A DNA stretch of 63,763 nucleotides, counting the filler, from Choristocarpus tenellus KU-1152 (lineage: Eukaryota; Protista; Phaeophyceae): the NCBI GenBank assembly GCA_964200185.2. It is 10 parts of 10 records of this genome, joined end to end, with 100 filler letters (N's around TTAATTAATTAA, not from the genome) between each part and the next. Parts side by side here need not be neighbours in the genome. Positions count along the whole stretch, not along the records: positions 14,269 to 23,183 come from CAXNAD020004201.1; positions 23,284 to 27,175 come from CAXNAD020017316.1; 8 more parts are not named here. One strand, given 5' to 3'. The notes under the pieces were generated by a model that ran no database searches, was not told the DNA's origin, and saw only the letters and a list, made by a program, of their open reading frames with translations. Both the position numbers and the translations under genes were made by a program. The number at the start of each line of letters is the position of its first letter. Position 1 is the stretch's first letter. Shown here piece after piece: positions 14,169-26,300 of the stretch.

Positions 14169-14268
14169 NNNNNNNNNNNNNNNNNNNNNNNNNNNNNNNN
14201 NNNNNNNNNNNNTTAATTAATTAANNNNNNNNNNNNNNNNNNNNNNNNNNNNNNNNNNNNNNNNNNNN
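14169..14268. other. Artificial contig-joining linker (N44-TTAATTAATTAA-N44); also at 23184-23283, 27176-27275, 30511-30610, 33524-33623, 42268-42367, 45496-45595, ~56067-56166, 60832-60931
   Basis: Identical 100-bp N spacers carrying a six-frame stop oligo. Confidence 0.97.
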
Positions 14269-15405
14269 CCACCTGTTCTACATAATGAGGAAATAATCGA
14301 GTTATTTACACACACAAGTCTTGGGAACACCAGTTTCTTTAACAAAGGAGACAAAAGAAGAGTGGAAAAGTTAGAGATTTCCATACGTTGGAAGCAGCGA
14401 ACTAGTACATATATACCAACTCAATTTCCACCCCCAATGTCAATTTAGTGTTACTATATTTCCGTTTTTATGAGTTCGAAGTTTGATTTTAATAGATTTT
14501 TTTGTTGGGAGCGTAGAAGAAGTGAGAACTCCTTTCACCTTTGGTTGCTCTAGGGATATTATTTTCTACCTTTTTCAAGAAAGACAATATAATGAGGAGG
14601 ATATATATCCATTCCTAGTTTTCCAGGGGAGATGTGCAGTGGTCATCTGGTTGATTGGTGTAAGTTACGACTTAGGATTGCTATGTGTTGCATCCAGTTG
14701 GATAAAAAGGGGAAAACTGCAGCAGCAACAACAGGAAATGAAAGCAATAAACAAACACTAACACTACTCTTGTGGATACTACCGTATCTAATATAATAGA
14801 GATTTTTTTAAAATCTGGTTTTAAGCGTCGCTCATTGAAACCCAGAATGGGGATTTCCTACAAACCATTTTTTTGGCCGTTGACTTGTGTGAAACAGAAC
14901 AGAAATGGAATTTGCTCGTGCCTGCTGAAGTTTAGAACTGGTGGGGAGTTTGTTCAAACGAGGCCCAATCTAGCGCTGCGTTAGCACGTGCCCACACTCT
15001 GTTGTCATTTTAAGGCCGTAAAAGAACACTACATGACTGTCCTACTGTACCTGCCTCACTCTGCTATTGCAATGAATGTGGTGTATCAGATTATATGAGA
15101 TGAGGATTCTTCCAGATGCAAAACGGACTACAAAACTTGAGTACCTATAGGAAAAAGAAAAGAAAGACTCAATGCTATAAAATCAATATTTTCTTTCCGA
15201 AAAGATTACGTTCAAGAACGAGAAGATCCGTTCTAGTTATTAAAAACCTCCTCGTCCACTAAATCCATTCTTTTCTATAATTGTCAGAGAGCTTAGAAAT
15301 ATTTCCAAAATGCTTAGTCCCATTCTCATATTCAGTATTTTCCATCTCCATAATCGATAAACGCATCACCACAACGCCTTATTAGGCTTAACGTAAACAC
15401 TTTTA

Positions 15406-15655
15406 GTGCCAAAGTATCTTAGAGGGTAGAGTCGCGTCCATTTGGGGGCCAAAATCCAATGTTGCGATTTTGATGTGATTTTGACTATTGTGTTTGTTAG
15501 AAAGTATCAATATCCATGTTCCGGACCCACCTTTTCATAGCGTATACATTTTACCTACTCCGAAGTATTTTGGAGTAGGTGAAAGTCGTATAAACCCCAA
15601 GGGAAGTCAAGTCCCAAATAGGGCAAAACTCGTACCCTCTAAGATACTTTCACTC
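15406..15655. mobile_element. MITE family A (~250-260 bp, TIR GAG(CC/TG)AAAGTATCTTAGAGGGTA)
   Basis: TIRs present and internal sequence conserved with the copies at 17835, 18964, 22819, 50764 and 56215. Partial copies at ~16118-16228, 30456-30510, 56167-56201, 56547-56588 and ~61395-61675. Confidence 0.9.
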
Positions 15656-15775
15656 TTTAGGAAGGCTACACCAACTGCATTCCATGCCTGCCTATGCAGT
15701 GCTTACTCATTGTTGTTGTGACTGGTGGTTCATAAGATATTTTCTGCTGGGATGAGGAAGGTGGGTTGGACTGGA

Positions 15776-15961
15776 CACTCGAAGTATCTTGGGGGGTGGT
15801 GGTGGCTGTCCATTCCGGGCCCATTTTTCCATGTCGCGATTTTTGGGTGAATTGGTTGCATGCGTCAGATTGGATAATGTGAGTGCACTTCTCCTGGTTA
15901 GGGCCCGAATGGGCACCCTGGTGTAGACCCCCCCCTCCCCCCCCCCCAGATACTTTGAGCC
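15776..15961. mobile_element. MITE family B (~180-190 bp, TIR GGCTCAAAGTATCTGGGGGG)
   Basis: TIRs with poly-G/poly-C tracts and a conserved core. Truncated copies abut contig ends at 14104-14168, 33497-33523, 42368-42442, 45450-45495, 56027-56066, 60729-60831 and 63744-63763. Confidence 0.88.
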
Positions 15962-16279
15962 TGGAATTGGACAGACCCAAAACATTTCAGAGGGAGAGTT
16001 CTGCCCTGTTTGTCCGTTCAGGGCTTGGCTTCCCTCTGTTTTTTAATGCCCTTTTCGGTCTTCTGTGGGAACAAAGTTACCTCAAATGTACACAACTATG
16101 AAGGTGTGTCTGGATCAAGGATATTGACACTTGCTACCAAACACGATAGCCAAAATGAACCAAAATCGCAACATTGGGCTTATGATCCCAAACGGGTGTG
16201 GCCCTACCCTCTTAAATGCTTTGACTCGCAGACATTTATGATTTATGATTCAAGTTCCACCAGAAAAACGCTAGCCAAA

Positions 16280-16462
16280 GGCTCAAAGTATCTGGGGGAG
16301 CGTGGCGGCTTTCCATTTGGGGTCAATTTTTTTATGTCACGATTTTTGGGTAATTTGGTTGCATACGTCGGATGGATAATGTAGTGCACCTTTCCTGGTT
16401 ATGGCCCAAATGGAGGACACCCTGGTGTAGACCCCCCCTACCCCACCCAGATACTTTGGGTC
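16280..16462. mobile_element. MITE family B, full copy with 3-bp TSD AAA
   Basis: AAA|GGCTCAAAGTATCTGGG…CCAGATACTTTGGGTC|AAA. Confidence 0.9.
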
Positions 16463-17834
16463 AAATTTACAACTGTTGAGTCTTATGCGATGAAAACGTT
16501 CCAGATGCCAAATGGCTAACAACTGGTGTTCCTATTGACAAAAAAATCAATTCTCAAAAAGTAAACAAAATTACGATATTTTGAGAGATAACATTTAGGG
16601 ATGAAAAGGCCTGTTCTAGTTCTTCAAAAACTCATCCAAAAATGTCATTTACTTTATATTATAGATATTGTGCAGATTTAGACTGCTATTTGTGTCAGTA
16701 TGGAAGAAGTGAGGAGATATAGGAGCCTCACATGATCCCCCTTTACTGTATGTGATCACATGGTTAAAAAGAGAAGTGACACTATTATAGATGGTGAGGC
16801 TTGGTTCAGTACCTGTTGCTTCTAGAAGGAATCACTAACCCTGAACACTTGCAATGCTTCTACAAAACTCCATCGACATATAGAAAAACGTCTCGAACAT
16901 GTGGACATCAAAACCCAGAATTGATTCTCTATAAATATCCCCCTAAGATATGAACCATGATCCTGAATGCTTTTGGTTACATAATACTGTGACTCAGATC
17001 GTATTCTGCACACTCCCCCATGAGAGTGGAAGTAAAAGAAAACAGAGTGCTTCAACTCTCACACAGTGTATACATTAATCTTATCAATGCAGTGCCTACG
17101 AACTCTTCTATCTGCTTGTCTTGTTCCTCGTACTCCGTCAGAGAGATGTCCTATTCCCTCAATACGTCAATGGTGTGCTTCTCTGCTTTGAAGGTTACAT
17201 GCTCCGAAATGACTAACTTTCCTTCCTGAGGAAGGCATACTTGTCAGTGTAGTGATATGCGGTTGTGTCCCATTAGCAGTCCCCTCTTGGCAGAGGGGTG
17301 GAAGCTCCCCGCCGCTGTTTTGCCTGGTATACGTAGCACTCACTCCCCCAGAATCTTAGTCTATCGTAGTTGAATGGCTTTCCTGTGAGTTGCTCGAAAG
17401 GTGTCTACCCACCCACGTACTCACAATGTTTCTGGAAAACTCCATCGATACATAGAAAAACGTCTCGAACATGTGGACATCAAAACCCAGAATTGATTCT
17501 CTATTAATGTCCCATGAACCATGAACCTGAATACTTTTGGTTACATATTGCTTGCTGTAAGTTACATTGTATTCTGTACACTCCCCCATGAGAGTGGAAG
17601 TAAAAGAACACAGAGTGCTTCAACTCTCACTCTGTACATTCATCTTATCAATGCAGTGCCTACGAACTCTTCTATCTGCTTCTTGTCTTGTTCCTCGTAC
17701 TCCATCAGAGAGATGTCCTGTTCCCCAACAAAGTCCATGGTGCGCTCCTCTGATTCAAAGGTTATATGCTCCGAAGTGACCAACTTGCCTTCCCGAGGAA
17801 GCCATATGTACCGGAATAGTGATATACGGTTTGG

Positions 17835-18094
17835 AAGTGAAAGTATCTTAGAGGGTACAAATTTTGCCCTGTTTGTCTATTTGGGGCTTGGCTTCTCACG
17901 AGTCTCTTACACAACATTTTCCTTCTCCGAAATGTTTCTGAGTAGGTAAAATGTTTATGTTATGAAAAGGTTTGTTCGGAACAAGGATATTGACACTTCC
18001 TAAGAAACACAATAGCCAAAATTTCATCAAAATCGCACCATTGGATTTTGGCCCCCAAACGGACGCAGCCTTACCCTCTTAGAAACTTTGACTT
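17835..18094. mobile_element. MITE family A inserted in the Copia remnant
   Basis: TIRs present; the empty site is visible in the duplicated segment at ~17265. Confidence 0.88.
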
Positions 18095-18963
18095 GTATCC
18101 TATTAGCAGTCCCCTCTTGGCATAGGGGTGGAAGCTCCCCACTGCTGTTTTGTCGATGGTATACATAATACTCATTCCCCCATACTCTCAGTCTATCGTA
18201 GTTGAATTACTTTCCTGTGAGAGTCGTTCACAAGGTGATTCCCCACCTAGGTACTCGTGCAGCATCCCTCCAGCTTTGATCAGTTGGTTCCTTGCGACCT
18301 CTATCAGTTGCTTGATGAATCGTTCCGAAATCCCATTGCTCTTGTTCTTCTGTTGAACCCCATAATTGCCCCCCCTGTATTGCGCCTCGGATATCCCCAT
18401 ACCACGTTGTAACCCCTTGTGGTACGCCAAGGTCCCCCAAAACTCCTCTGATACTAATCACGTGTCTCATCCCTTGTGCCATTGCTGTCCACTCAGCTTC
18501 TGAGCTATATACGGTTACTGCTCCTTGCAGTTTCGACTTCCACGTGTTCCATTGAACAAGGTTAGGTATCCTGTGACGCTCCATCTCAATACAGGATAGT
18601 TGACCCAGTCCAGGTACCCATACCCGATGAGTCATTGTTTTCTGTCCCTCCTTGAGTGGGATAGTGTATCTCCACATTGGTAAGCCTGCAACACAACGTA
18701 GTACATGTTGCAGTCCCGTCCCATGCTGCCTGCATGGTGATGAAGCAGTGTGATCTACTTCCCTCACAGAGCTGGTGCTGTTACTAGCGCTGTCCTGACT
18801 ATATCATTCACTGGGCTGAACGTGTTGAAATAGTCCACACCCTCCCATTGAATAAAGCCCTATGCCACCAAACGTTTCATGAACCATTCGATGGTTCCTT
18901 CAGCTGTCCACCTTTTCTCGAATACAAACTTGGTCTTGACGAGTTCCCTTCCCTGTGATAAAT

Positions 18964-19222
18964 GAGCCAAAGTATCTTAGAGGGTAGAGCTACGTCCATC
19001 TGGGGGGCCAAAAGTCAATGTTACTATTTTGATGTTATTTTGGCTATCATGTTGGTTAGGAAAGTGTCCATATCCTTATTCTGGACACACGTTTCATAAC
19101 GTATACATATTAACTACCCCTAAACTTTTGAAGTGGGAAAATGTCATAAAATAAACCATGGGAAGCCAAGCCCCAAATGGACAAACAGGGCAAAACTCGT
19201 ACCCTCTAAGATACTTTCACTC
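18964..19222. mobile_element. MITE family A with 3-bp TSD AAT
   Basis: AAT|GAGCCAAAGTATCTTAGAGGG…CCCTCTAAGATACTTTCACTC|AAT. Confidence 0.92.
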
Positions 19223-21168
19223 AATACTCTCCCTCTATGGTTGTTCCTTCATCCATTATCTCTCCATCTCCTTCTCTATAACTGCTGCCAATACCATGCA
19301 CCAGGCCTCACGAGCGCTTTTGACATAGAAGATGGTTCTTGATGGTCTGGAGTAGGTAGTACTCACTTCCCCAGGCTAACTCATGTTGTCCAGGTAGCCC
19401 TTCGCCAACCACCTGCCACGTCCAGGGTGCCTTCCTTGTAAGAGTCATTAAGGTCTGCCATTGTGGCAACTACCTTGGAAAGAGCAACGTCTCACCCTAC
19501 TGAGGTTGGTTGCTTGACTCCTTCTCCCTCATGAGTTAGAGGCTTGACTCCAGCCCTCTTACAGGCGATTTGGGGGTTCTGGAGGTGTACCATCGCGGCA
19601 AGCACCTCCGAAGTAGCTGCTCCTTTCCCCTCTGGTGAAGGCTGAGCTACTGCTCCTGCTGATATCCTGCTCCCCTTGATGATAGGTACGGCAATTATTA
19701 TTCTTGCTCTGTAAGCAAGAATCTTCGCGTCTCCAATCGATGGACATGTCCCCTCAGGGACAAGTGTGGTGACTGCTCCAGGTCCATCTGGCACAGGCTT
19801 GGTCACAGCTGCAGCTCCAACTGCATTGCCTTGATTGTATCCGTCATCTTGTGTAGGGGTCAGCTCGTTAGGAATAACAGCTGTTGTCTGTGAATCACTC
19901 TCAAGTTTCACAGCTACCACCCCCATATGTTGTGTCATTTACAAAGTGTTAGCTTCTGGCTCTTCCTGGCAAATGACGCATTCGCCATCCTCCCTTTTCT
20001 TTCCATAGTTCCCTTAGGCGTAGAAAAACTCTCCAATTTCTCCAGATTTATCTGTGAACCTTCCGCAAAATCCTCAGGTAACTTGTTTCTTGACCAGGAG
20101 TCCATATATTCTCCAACTTCTCATCACAGGGTCCCAGTGCTCAATATTCAGCATAACATGCCACATACCCAAAATACATCCTGAAGTATCAATTACACTT
20201 GACCTCCAGTTCTTGCTCGTTGACAATGGTGCCATATCCCCTGTCTCCTTGGCCTCCAGCTTCCCATTATTCCGAATGTGCAGGTCCAAGTTGTCGGTAT
20301 AATGTTGATGAGACTATTGCCCGGTTTAGGTCCTCATAGCTTATATGGGGTCTTGATATCAGCTGTGCGAAAAAATGTTTGGCATGGCGTCCTTGATGCC
20401 TAATTGCCAGTTTCAGCTCATCACACCTTATATCCGTACTGTCTGTAGTCAAGGACCACTGTAGCTCCCGGAGGTGTCCTTCCAAAGTGATGATTTGCAC
20501 GGGGATCTCATCCTCCGCGCGACCTCCATTGATTCTAGGTCCATCCATGTTCCTGTGCCGTCTGGGCTCTCGTTTTCGACTCTCTCCTCGATTGCTGCTG
20601 CGTACCTACTTGTCGCTTGGATCAGCAGAAACCGCATAAATTAGTTGTTGTTCTCGTAGTTCTTGTGTGCTATTCGTCCCTGCTCCGTTGATGTGTCCGT
20701 GAGTTCAGGCACCACCTATTTTCGTCACAGAATGTCGTACAGATCCTTTCCACCAGCGTAACCCACCACAGATGGTCTGCATGTTGTCCAGGTCTCCACT
20801 GACTGTCCTGGTTTTCCAGTCCAGATGGGCAATTTGTTCATGTCGTTCTCCATACTGTGCAAAATAGGGCAATAGTAAGGTGTCCCTCTTTTGTGTATGT
20901 GAGATTATGGCATATGATTGAGTCCATGTGATGTAACTAATGAGATAGTACATCCGGATTATGTATGGGGACTATGTATGGGTTTGGTTCTCCATTCAAC
21001 TACTCTGACATAACCATTGACCTATGTATGAGGCACAAAATAAAAATAAAACAAGCAATAAGAAGACACCCATTCTTTTCACCTTCAGCAAAGGGGGTCG
21101 TGTGAGACTCCACTCCTTCTTGTCTTCACTACTGATCAAATAGCAATGCTTTCAAGGTTAATTGCACA

Positions 21169-21925
21169 GGTTATGAGCCTTAGTAGTATGGAGACTGATC
21201 TGAATAATCTTACTGTCTGGATAGGGGCCACAGGAAGGTCATTAGAGACCTGGTCGTTAATAGGCCACGCTGGGGGAAAGGGATTGTGCAAGATCACCAT
21301 GAGGGACTACGAGATTCCTGAAACCCCCACAACCACCTCGGGAGAGGTAGTGCGCACGGCACATGTCACATACATCAAGAACAACAAGGTGTTATGGTTC
21401 CTTCTTATCCAAGCAACAAAGGAGTCAGCATCTGCAATCATTGCGAGAAATGAAAACGAGGGTCAGCTGGATGGCAGAGGGGCATGGTTAGAGTTAGAGA
21501 GAGTCTATGGAGGACGCACAGAGGATGAGATCCCCGTACAGCTCATTACACTGGAGGCGAGACTTCGAGAACTCCGATGCGCAGTGTCACAGGACAGCAC
21601 TGATTTTGTGATTGAACTCGAGCGGCTATTTGCCGATTTTGAGCAGCTCAAGGAGTCAAAGTCCGAGAACATGAAGAGGGCATCTATACTGCTTGGTATC
21701 AAGGAGGTCATGCCACATGTGTTCGAACAAAAAAAAGCGCGCCCTGACGTCAGCTATGAGGAGCTCAAACGGGCAATCATCTCTTCAACAACTTACCTTC
21801 ACTCAGACCAAGATGGGCATGATGGGGTATTGGCGATGCACGGCACTGTGAGGAACGGCCATGCTGGAAAGTCCAGGGGATCAACTGGAAGCGACCCCAA
21901 ACCAAACCAATGCAAGTACTCATGA
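21169..21925 (+). mobile_element. Ty1/Copia 5' portion: PBS GGTTATGAGCC (21169-21179) and open gag ORF (ATG ~21188), truncated at the zinc knuckle
   Basis: …TTGCACA|GGTTATGAGCC. Gag has Copia gag-type motifs (LWFLLIQAT, DGRGAWLELERVYG, DFVIELERLF) and ends at QCKY where Gypsy sequence begins. Confidence 0.85.
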
Positions 21926-21928
21926 AGA

Positions 21929-23183
21929 TGAACCCTCCCAAAAGCCTTGGTAAAAGCGTCAGCAAAAAAAACGGGATTGTTTGACATAGTTGGAGCGGGG
22001 TTATCTACAGTACTCCAAGAAAGACAGGGCCTTGAGCAGGGTCTCTGAGTTTCCTATGAGTGCGCTCCATGGTAATGCATGTCGAGGTTGCGCTCTTGCC
22101 TATCGGGTTGTGATTCATACGTCTCAGCTCGTGTAAAAAACTCATGAATTTCTCTTCGCAACTCTGCCTCAACCTCTCTGGACTGACGTACCGCACTCAG
22201 GCTATTCCTTCGAGATGGTCTGGGTGATACAGACCTGTGTGAAGAATAATAATCACTGGTCTGACGGTGACGACACACTGAACAAGTGCGACCTCTGCGT
22301 TCTTCTCTGGCCTCCCGTCCGTTCTGGTGAGAGCGCCTGTCCCGGGATCTCGACCTGGAGAGGGATCTGCCCCGAGTGGAAGACCGAAAACGATCGTGCT
22401 CTCTGTGCCTGTCTCGACGTCTAGCAGCGTGGGCACGGTTGTGGCCAGAATTGCCTTGAGTTGTGGTACTGGACTGGAATCTCTCGGCATCATCGATTCC
22501 TTGGAGGATCTGTACGTCGGAGGCAACCTCAGCTTCGCGCGAATGCTGTGAGCCCGACATGTCGATCAACCTGGGAATAAAGGGCAAGATGGCAACCATA
22601 TGTGAGTAAAGGAACGTAGAACAATTGACTACCTAGGCAATGTCTCGGACTTGGTAATCAAAGACCACTCATTCTATGACTATAGGCAAATGATGTGGCG
22701 ATCAGAGGCCACTCGTTTTATGGTTAGAGAGGGGCGATTCCCTCAGAGCCACATAAGCCCTCAGACCCATGAAGACGACAAGTCCAGGGAGGGACTCTCA
22801 TTGACGACGAATGAAGACGACTGAAAATATCTTAGAGGGTACGAGTTTTGCCCTGTTTGTCCATTTGGGGCTTGACTTCTGACAATTTTTTATGACATTT
22901 TCCAACTCCGAAATGTTTTCCAGTAGGTAATATGTGTACGTTATAAAAAGGTGTGTTCGGAACAAGGATATTGACACTTCCTAAAAGGCACGATAGTCAA
23001 AATTACATCTAAATCACAACATTGGATTTTGGATCCCAAAAGGACACGGCTCTACCGTCTAAGATACTTTGACTCAGACCACAAACCCAGGTTGAACAAG
23101 AAAACAATCCTATGTGCTGGGGTGAATAAGGAGTAATCCCTCCAGTTTGAAGAGAGGCAGTAGGACCTCCATGTTACAGGCGC
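21929..23183 (-). mobile_element. Truncated second copy of the LTR element at 28149-30290 (LTR end, PBS, 5' leader, RS-rich gag start)
   Basis: Reverse-complement homology to 28738-29815; the minus strand reads CCTGTAACA|TGGAGGTCCTAC at 23180-23160. Confidence 0.88.
22819..23075. mobile_element. MITE family A inserted in the LTR-element leader
   Basis: TIRs present; flanked by duplicated AGAC; absent from the paralogous site near 28872. Confidence 0.9.
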
Positions 23184-23343
23184 NNNNNNNNNNNNNNNNN
23201 NNNNNNNNNNNNNNNNNNNNNNNNNNNTTAATTAATTAANNNNNNNNNNNNNNNNNNNNNNNNNNNNNNNNNNNNNNNNNNNNGTTCCTGCAACTTGGGT
23301 CGAGAGGGGGGATGGTTCTGTTGGCTACTTTCCCCTTGCTCAG

Positions 23344-26300
23344 GCTTTTGGTTCCATCCTCCAGCTGGCTGTGGATACTGCTAACTCAAATAGTGATGAG
23401 GTGGTACCGCTCTCATTGAACCTCGGCTCAACAGGGTCTGGGTCTCTGGTCCTGGAATCGCTGTGTAGTGTCCTTGATAGTACCAACTCCACGCATGGGG
23501 TACGTGTGTTAGAGCCTTTCATGCAAATAGTAGGCTTTCAGGATTGACTAGAATGACTAGACGAGGCAAGAGTAAAATGGGGAACTCGTATTGCATCAGG
23601 TTTATAAAGTAGCATTTCGCGAAGATAAATATGGTCTGTGTCAGAAAATCGATGTCTGAAATACTTTTCCCATGGTGATCGATGGGGGCAAGCCCTAGGC
23701 TGCTGAGCTTACGAAGACAATGGCGTCGCGTCGAGCCTCGTGAAAAATTGTTAATGAGTTTCCTGCGTTGCCCGTATCTCTACCTCCCCAGGTAGTTGCT
23801 CCACTTTTGTCGTCACAGGCGTCTCTGCTAGGATCTTTGTCCAATAGGTTTTGGTCCCTCCCGATTATCTCTTTGACCACCCCGGCAGCCATGGTCGACT
23901 TCGTAGGCACAGGTAAGAATGTCGATCGTGGGTTTCTGTCAAGCGTCCAGCCCGGTATAGACGAGCAAATGGCGGCATTGACGAGGTTGATCGTGGACAT
24001 GAAGACAGCAAGAGATGCGCTCGATGGCAGGTTGGCCCTCAGATGATTTGTGTTGTTCGTCGATTATAGACCTGCTGTGTTACTCTTCACCGTGAATCAT
24101 GTCGGATTTGAATAATTCAACCATCAAGCCCATATGTAATCATATATCAGCGTGCAAAGATACGGAGTATATGCTGCTTTCTACCATCTGTTTACTTTTT
24201 TTTTAGCATGAACAGCAGCAGTGCAAACATGCTCGTGCAGTGTCAGCAGTCTGCAATAGTTATACTTGCTATCCATTTCTTGTATAGCTCCTTGGGTTGG
24301 TCCTATTTTGTCTACTGTACCTTCATTGCACCACTCCTGTGCCTTGTAGTACTGTTTGTGTCCTAATCTAGCTTTTTCTCGTTGAATACCAATGTCTGGG
24401 GCAGGTCACTTGAGTAGAGCTCTGAACAACGAGAAATGTCAAGTTTAGCCCACTCCTTTTGAAAAGGGAGTACCTGGAGTCACATGTCCATATCTTTGTT
24501 ACCTGCTTTTGAAATTATGTAAGTCATGATTGTTTCTGTTGACATTTTGGAATCGAAGAGTGTTCTTTGTTACGACCTGAGGGGGGGATGCTCCTGTCCG
24601 TAAATCTCTCGACTGGCAAAAGATTTCTGGGACAAACATGCAACTGACATCACTGTATCTATCATGACTCACTTTGAACTAATATCTACATATACCACTG
24701 CCAAACAGGATAAAACTTAGATCTTGTGTATGATACTGCACCCCAAGATTTCCTTTACTCTCTGTTAAAGAAGTTGGTGTTCCCAAGACTTGCGTATGTA
24801 AATAACTCGATTAATTCCTCATTATGTAGAACAGTTCCTTATATTAAGTAAGGAAGGTGTAAGGAAAGAGAGTGAACTTCAAAGCTCATAGGGGGTCATC
24901 ACCTTACGATTCACATATTCTAATAACCCGTCATTCAGTCCGTTGCACTAAAATAACCCGCGGGCAATATTTTCGTTGTCACTTAACAAAGACATACTAT
25001 CGGTTATACTATAATAACCCGTGGACAATATTTTCATTATCCAACAATACTTCAACAACTCAATGTTTCTCCCACAGAATCATATTTTACACATAAATAA
25101 AAAAGAATATTCTTAACACTCTCCCAGGAAGTTACATCCCGTTTTTTGATCCCCCTGCTTCTGTTCCACACCATGATTTTCCTTTTGACCATGCGCTGTC
25201 TTGGCTGTGTCTAGAGCAAACCCTTCAGAACGCGTGGCAGTGCTACACACTGCTGATTCATTTGGGACTGCTGCTGCACAAGCCTTTGCTCTTGCTGCTG
25301 CAGAAGTCAGCAGTAATGAACAGCCGTGGGACAGTGGTGGGGTAGGAGGTGCATGGGTTGATGTGGTTACCACAGTGACTGTGGCAATGGTGGGATCTGG
25401 GGAATCTGGGGCAGACTTGTCCGTAGCATTGTCGGAGTTGGTTGAGCACGAGGTGTCCATCACGGTGCTGCTGGCAGAGGGGTTCGATGGGGGCACTATC
25501 AGGGCTGTACTGCGGGGGGTGAGAGAGATACCTGGGATGTTTGGGCAGGGTTTAGAGGGCAGAGGTTATAGTAGAGGAGGAAGAGAAGATGTGTGACCAT
25601 GGGGTTTCTTTGAGTACTATGTGCCATTGTTGGGGCGATATGTGGTGTCTATGGCAGAGTTTTCCTTCCAAGAGTGTACTCTAACTACCCTAACCTTAAC
25701 CTCAATATTGATGGGGACTTGCAGGAGCACCTATATGAAGATCCTAGAGTTTTTTTTTCTTTTTTTTTTCTGTGTTTGCTATTCTTAATTATCTACTGTG
25801 TACTTCCTGCTGTTGTGGCCAAGTGCCTCTAGGACAAGAGGTATTGCATCAATGATCATGTGGGTGGAAGGGCGGATGCTTTGACAGTAATGGACTATGC
25901 GACATAGTTACAGTTTGTATTACACGACACGGTTTTATTTCTTTCCAGTGCTGACAAGGCGTCATGAAATATCGCCAAGAGCATCCCTTGATGCAGTACT
26001 ACTTGGGACCCGTGTGTACTGTACTAAAAATATTAAAAATATTTTGATGTCCTGGGTGTCATAGCTACATAGTGTTCTGCTTGGAGAGACCGTTGTTACC
26101 AGAGGGAGACATACGTACATACCAACAGAGACCGTTACCAGATATGACGTTGTAGGACAAGATGGTGTGATTTTGTATTGTGAGGAACAATAGAGCAAAC
26201 TGGAGCCCTTATCTTTCCACTGTGCTTAAGGGGGAGGAGAATGGGAGGGGGTGGGGGGGGTTTCACTAGCTCCAGCATAAAGATGATGTGGTCACAGGCA

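Larger units (their letters stand above)
16820..20880 (-). mobile_element. Degenerate, rearranged Ty1/Copia LTR retrotransposon remnants
   Basis: gag (LLIQATS…EDEIPVQIITLEG, 20270-20640); RT motif RLVA*GFIQWEGVDYFNTFSP (~18810-18950); RNase H WKSKLQGAVTVYSSEAEWTA (18370-18600); integrase SNGISERFIKQLIEVARNQLIKAG (~18270-18350); SH3-like LPREGKLVTSEHITF; PPT ATGGGG(G)AG followed by TG at ~17012 and ~17580. Many stops and frameshifts. Confidence 0.85.

Noticed and set aside
15406-19222. Recurrent AAAGTATCT…/…AGATACTTT motifs resembling a CRISPR-like repeat-spacer array
   Set aside because: They are inverted MITE termini with conserved interiors and TSDs, irregularly spaced, with no cas genes.
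23695-25496. Minus-strand ORFs 23695-24000 and 25113-25496
   Set aside because: Antisense shadows of the plus-strand receptor exons.
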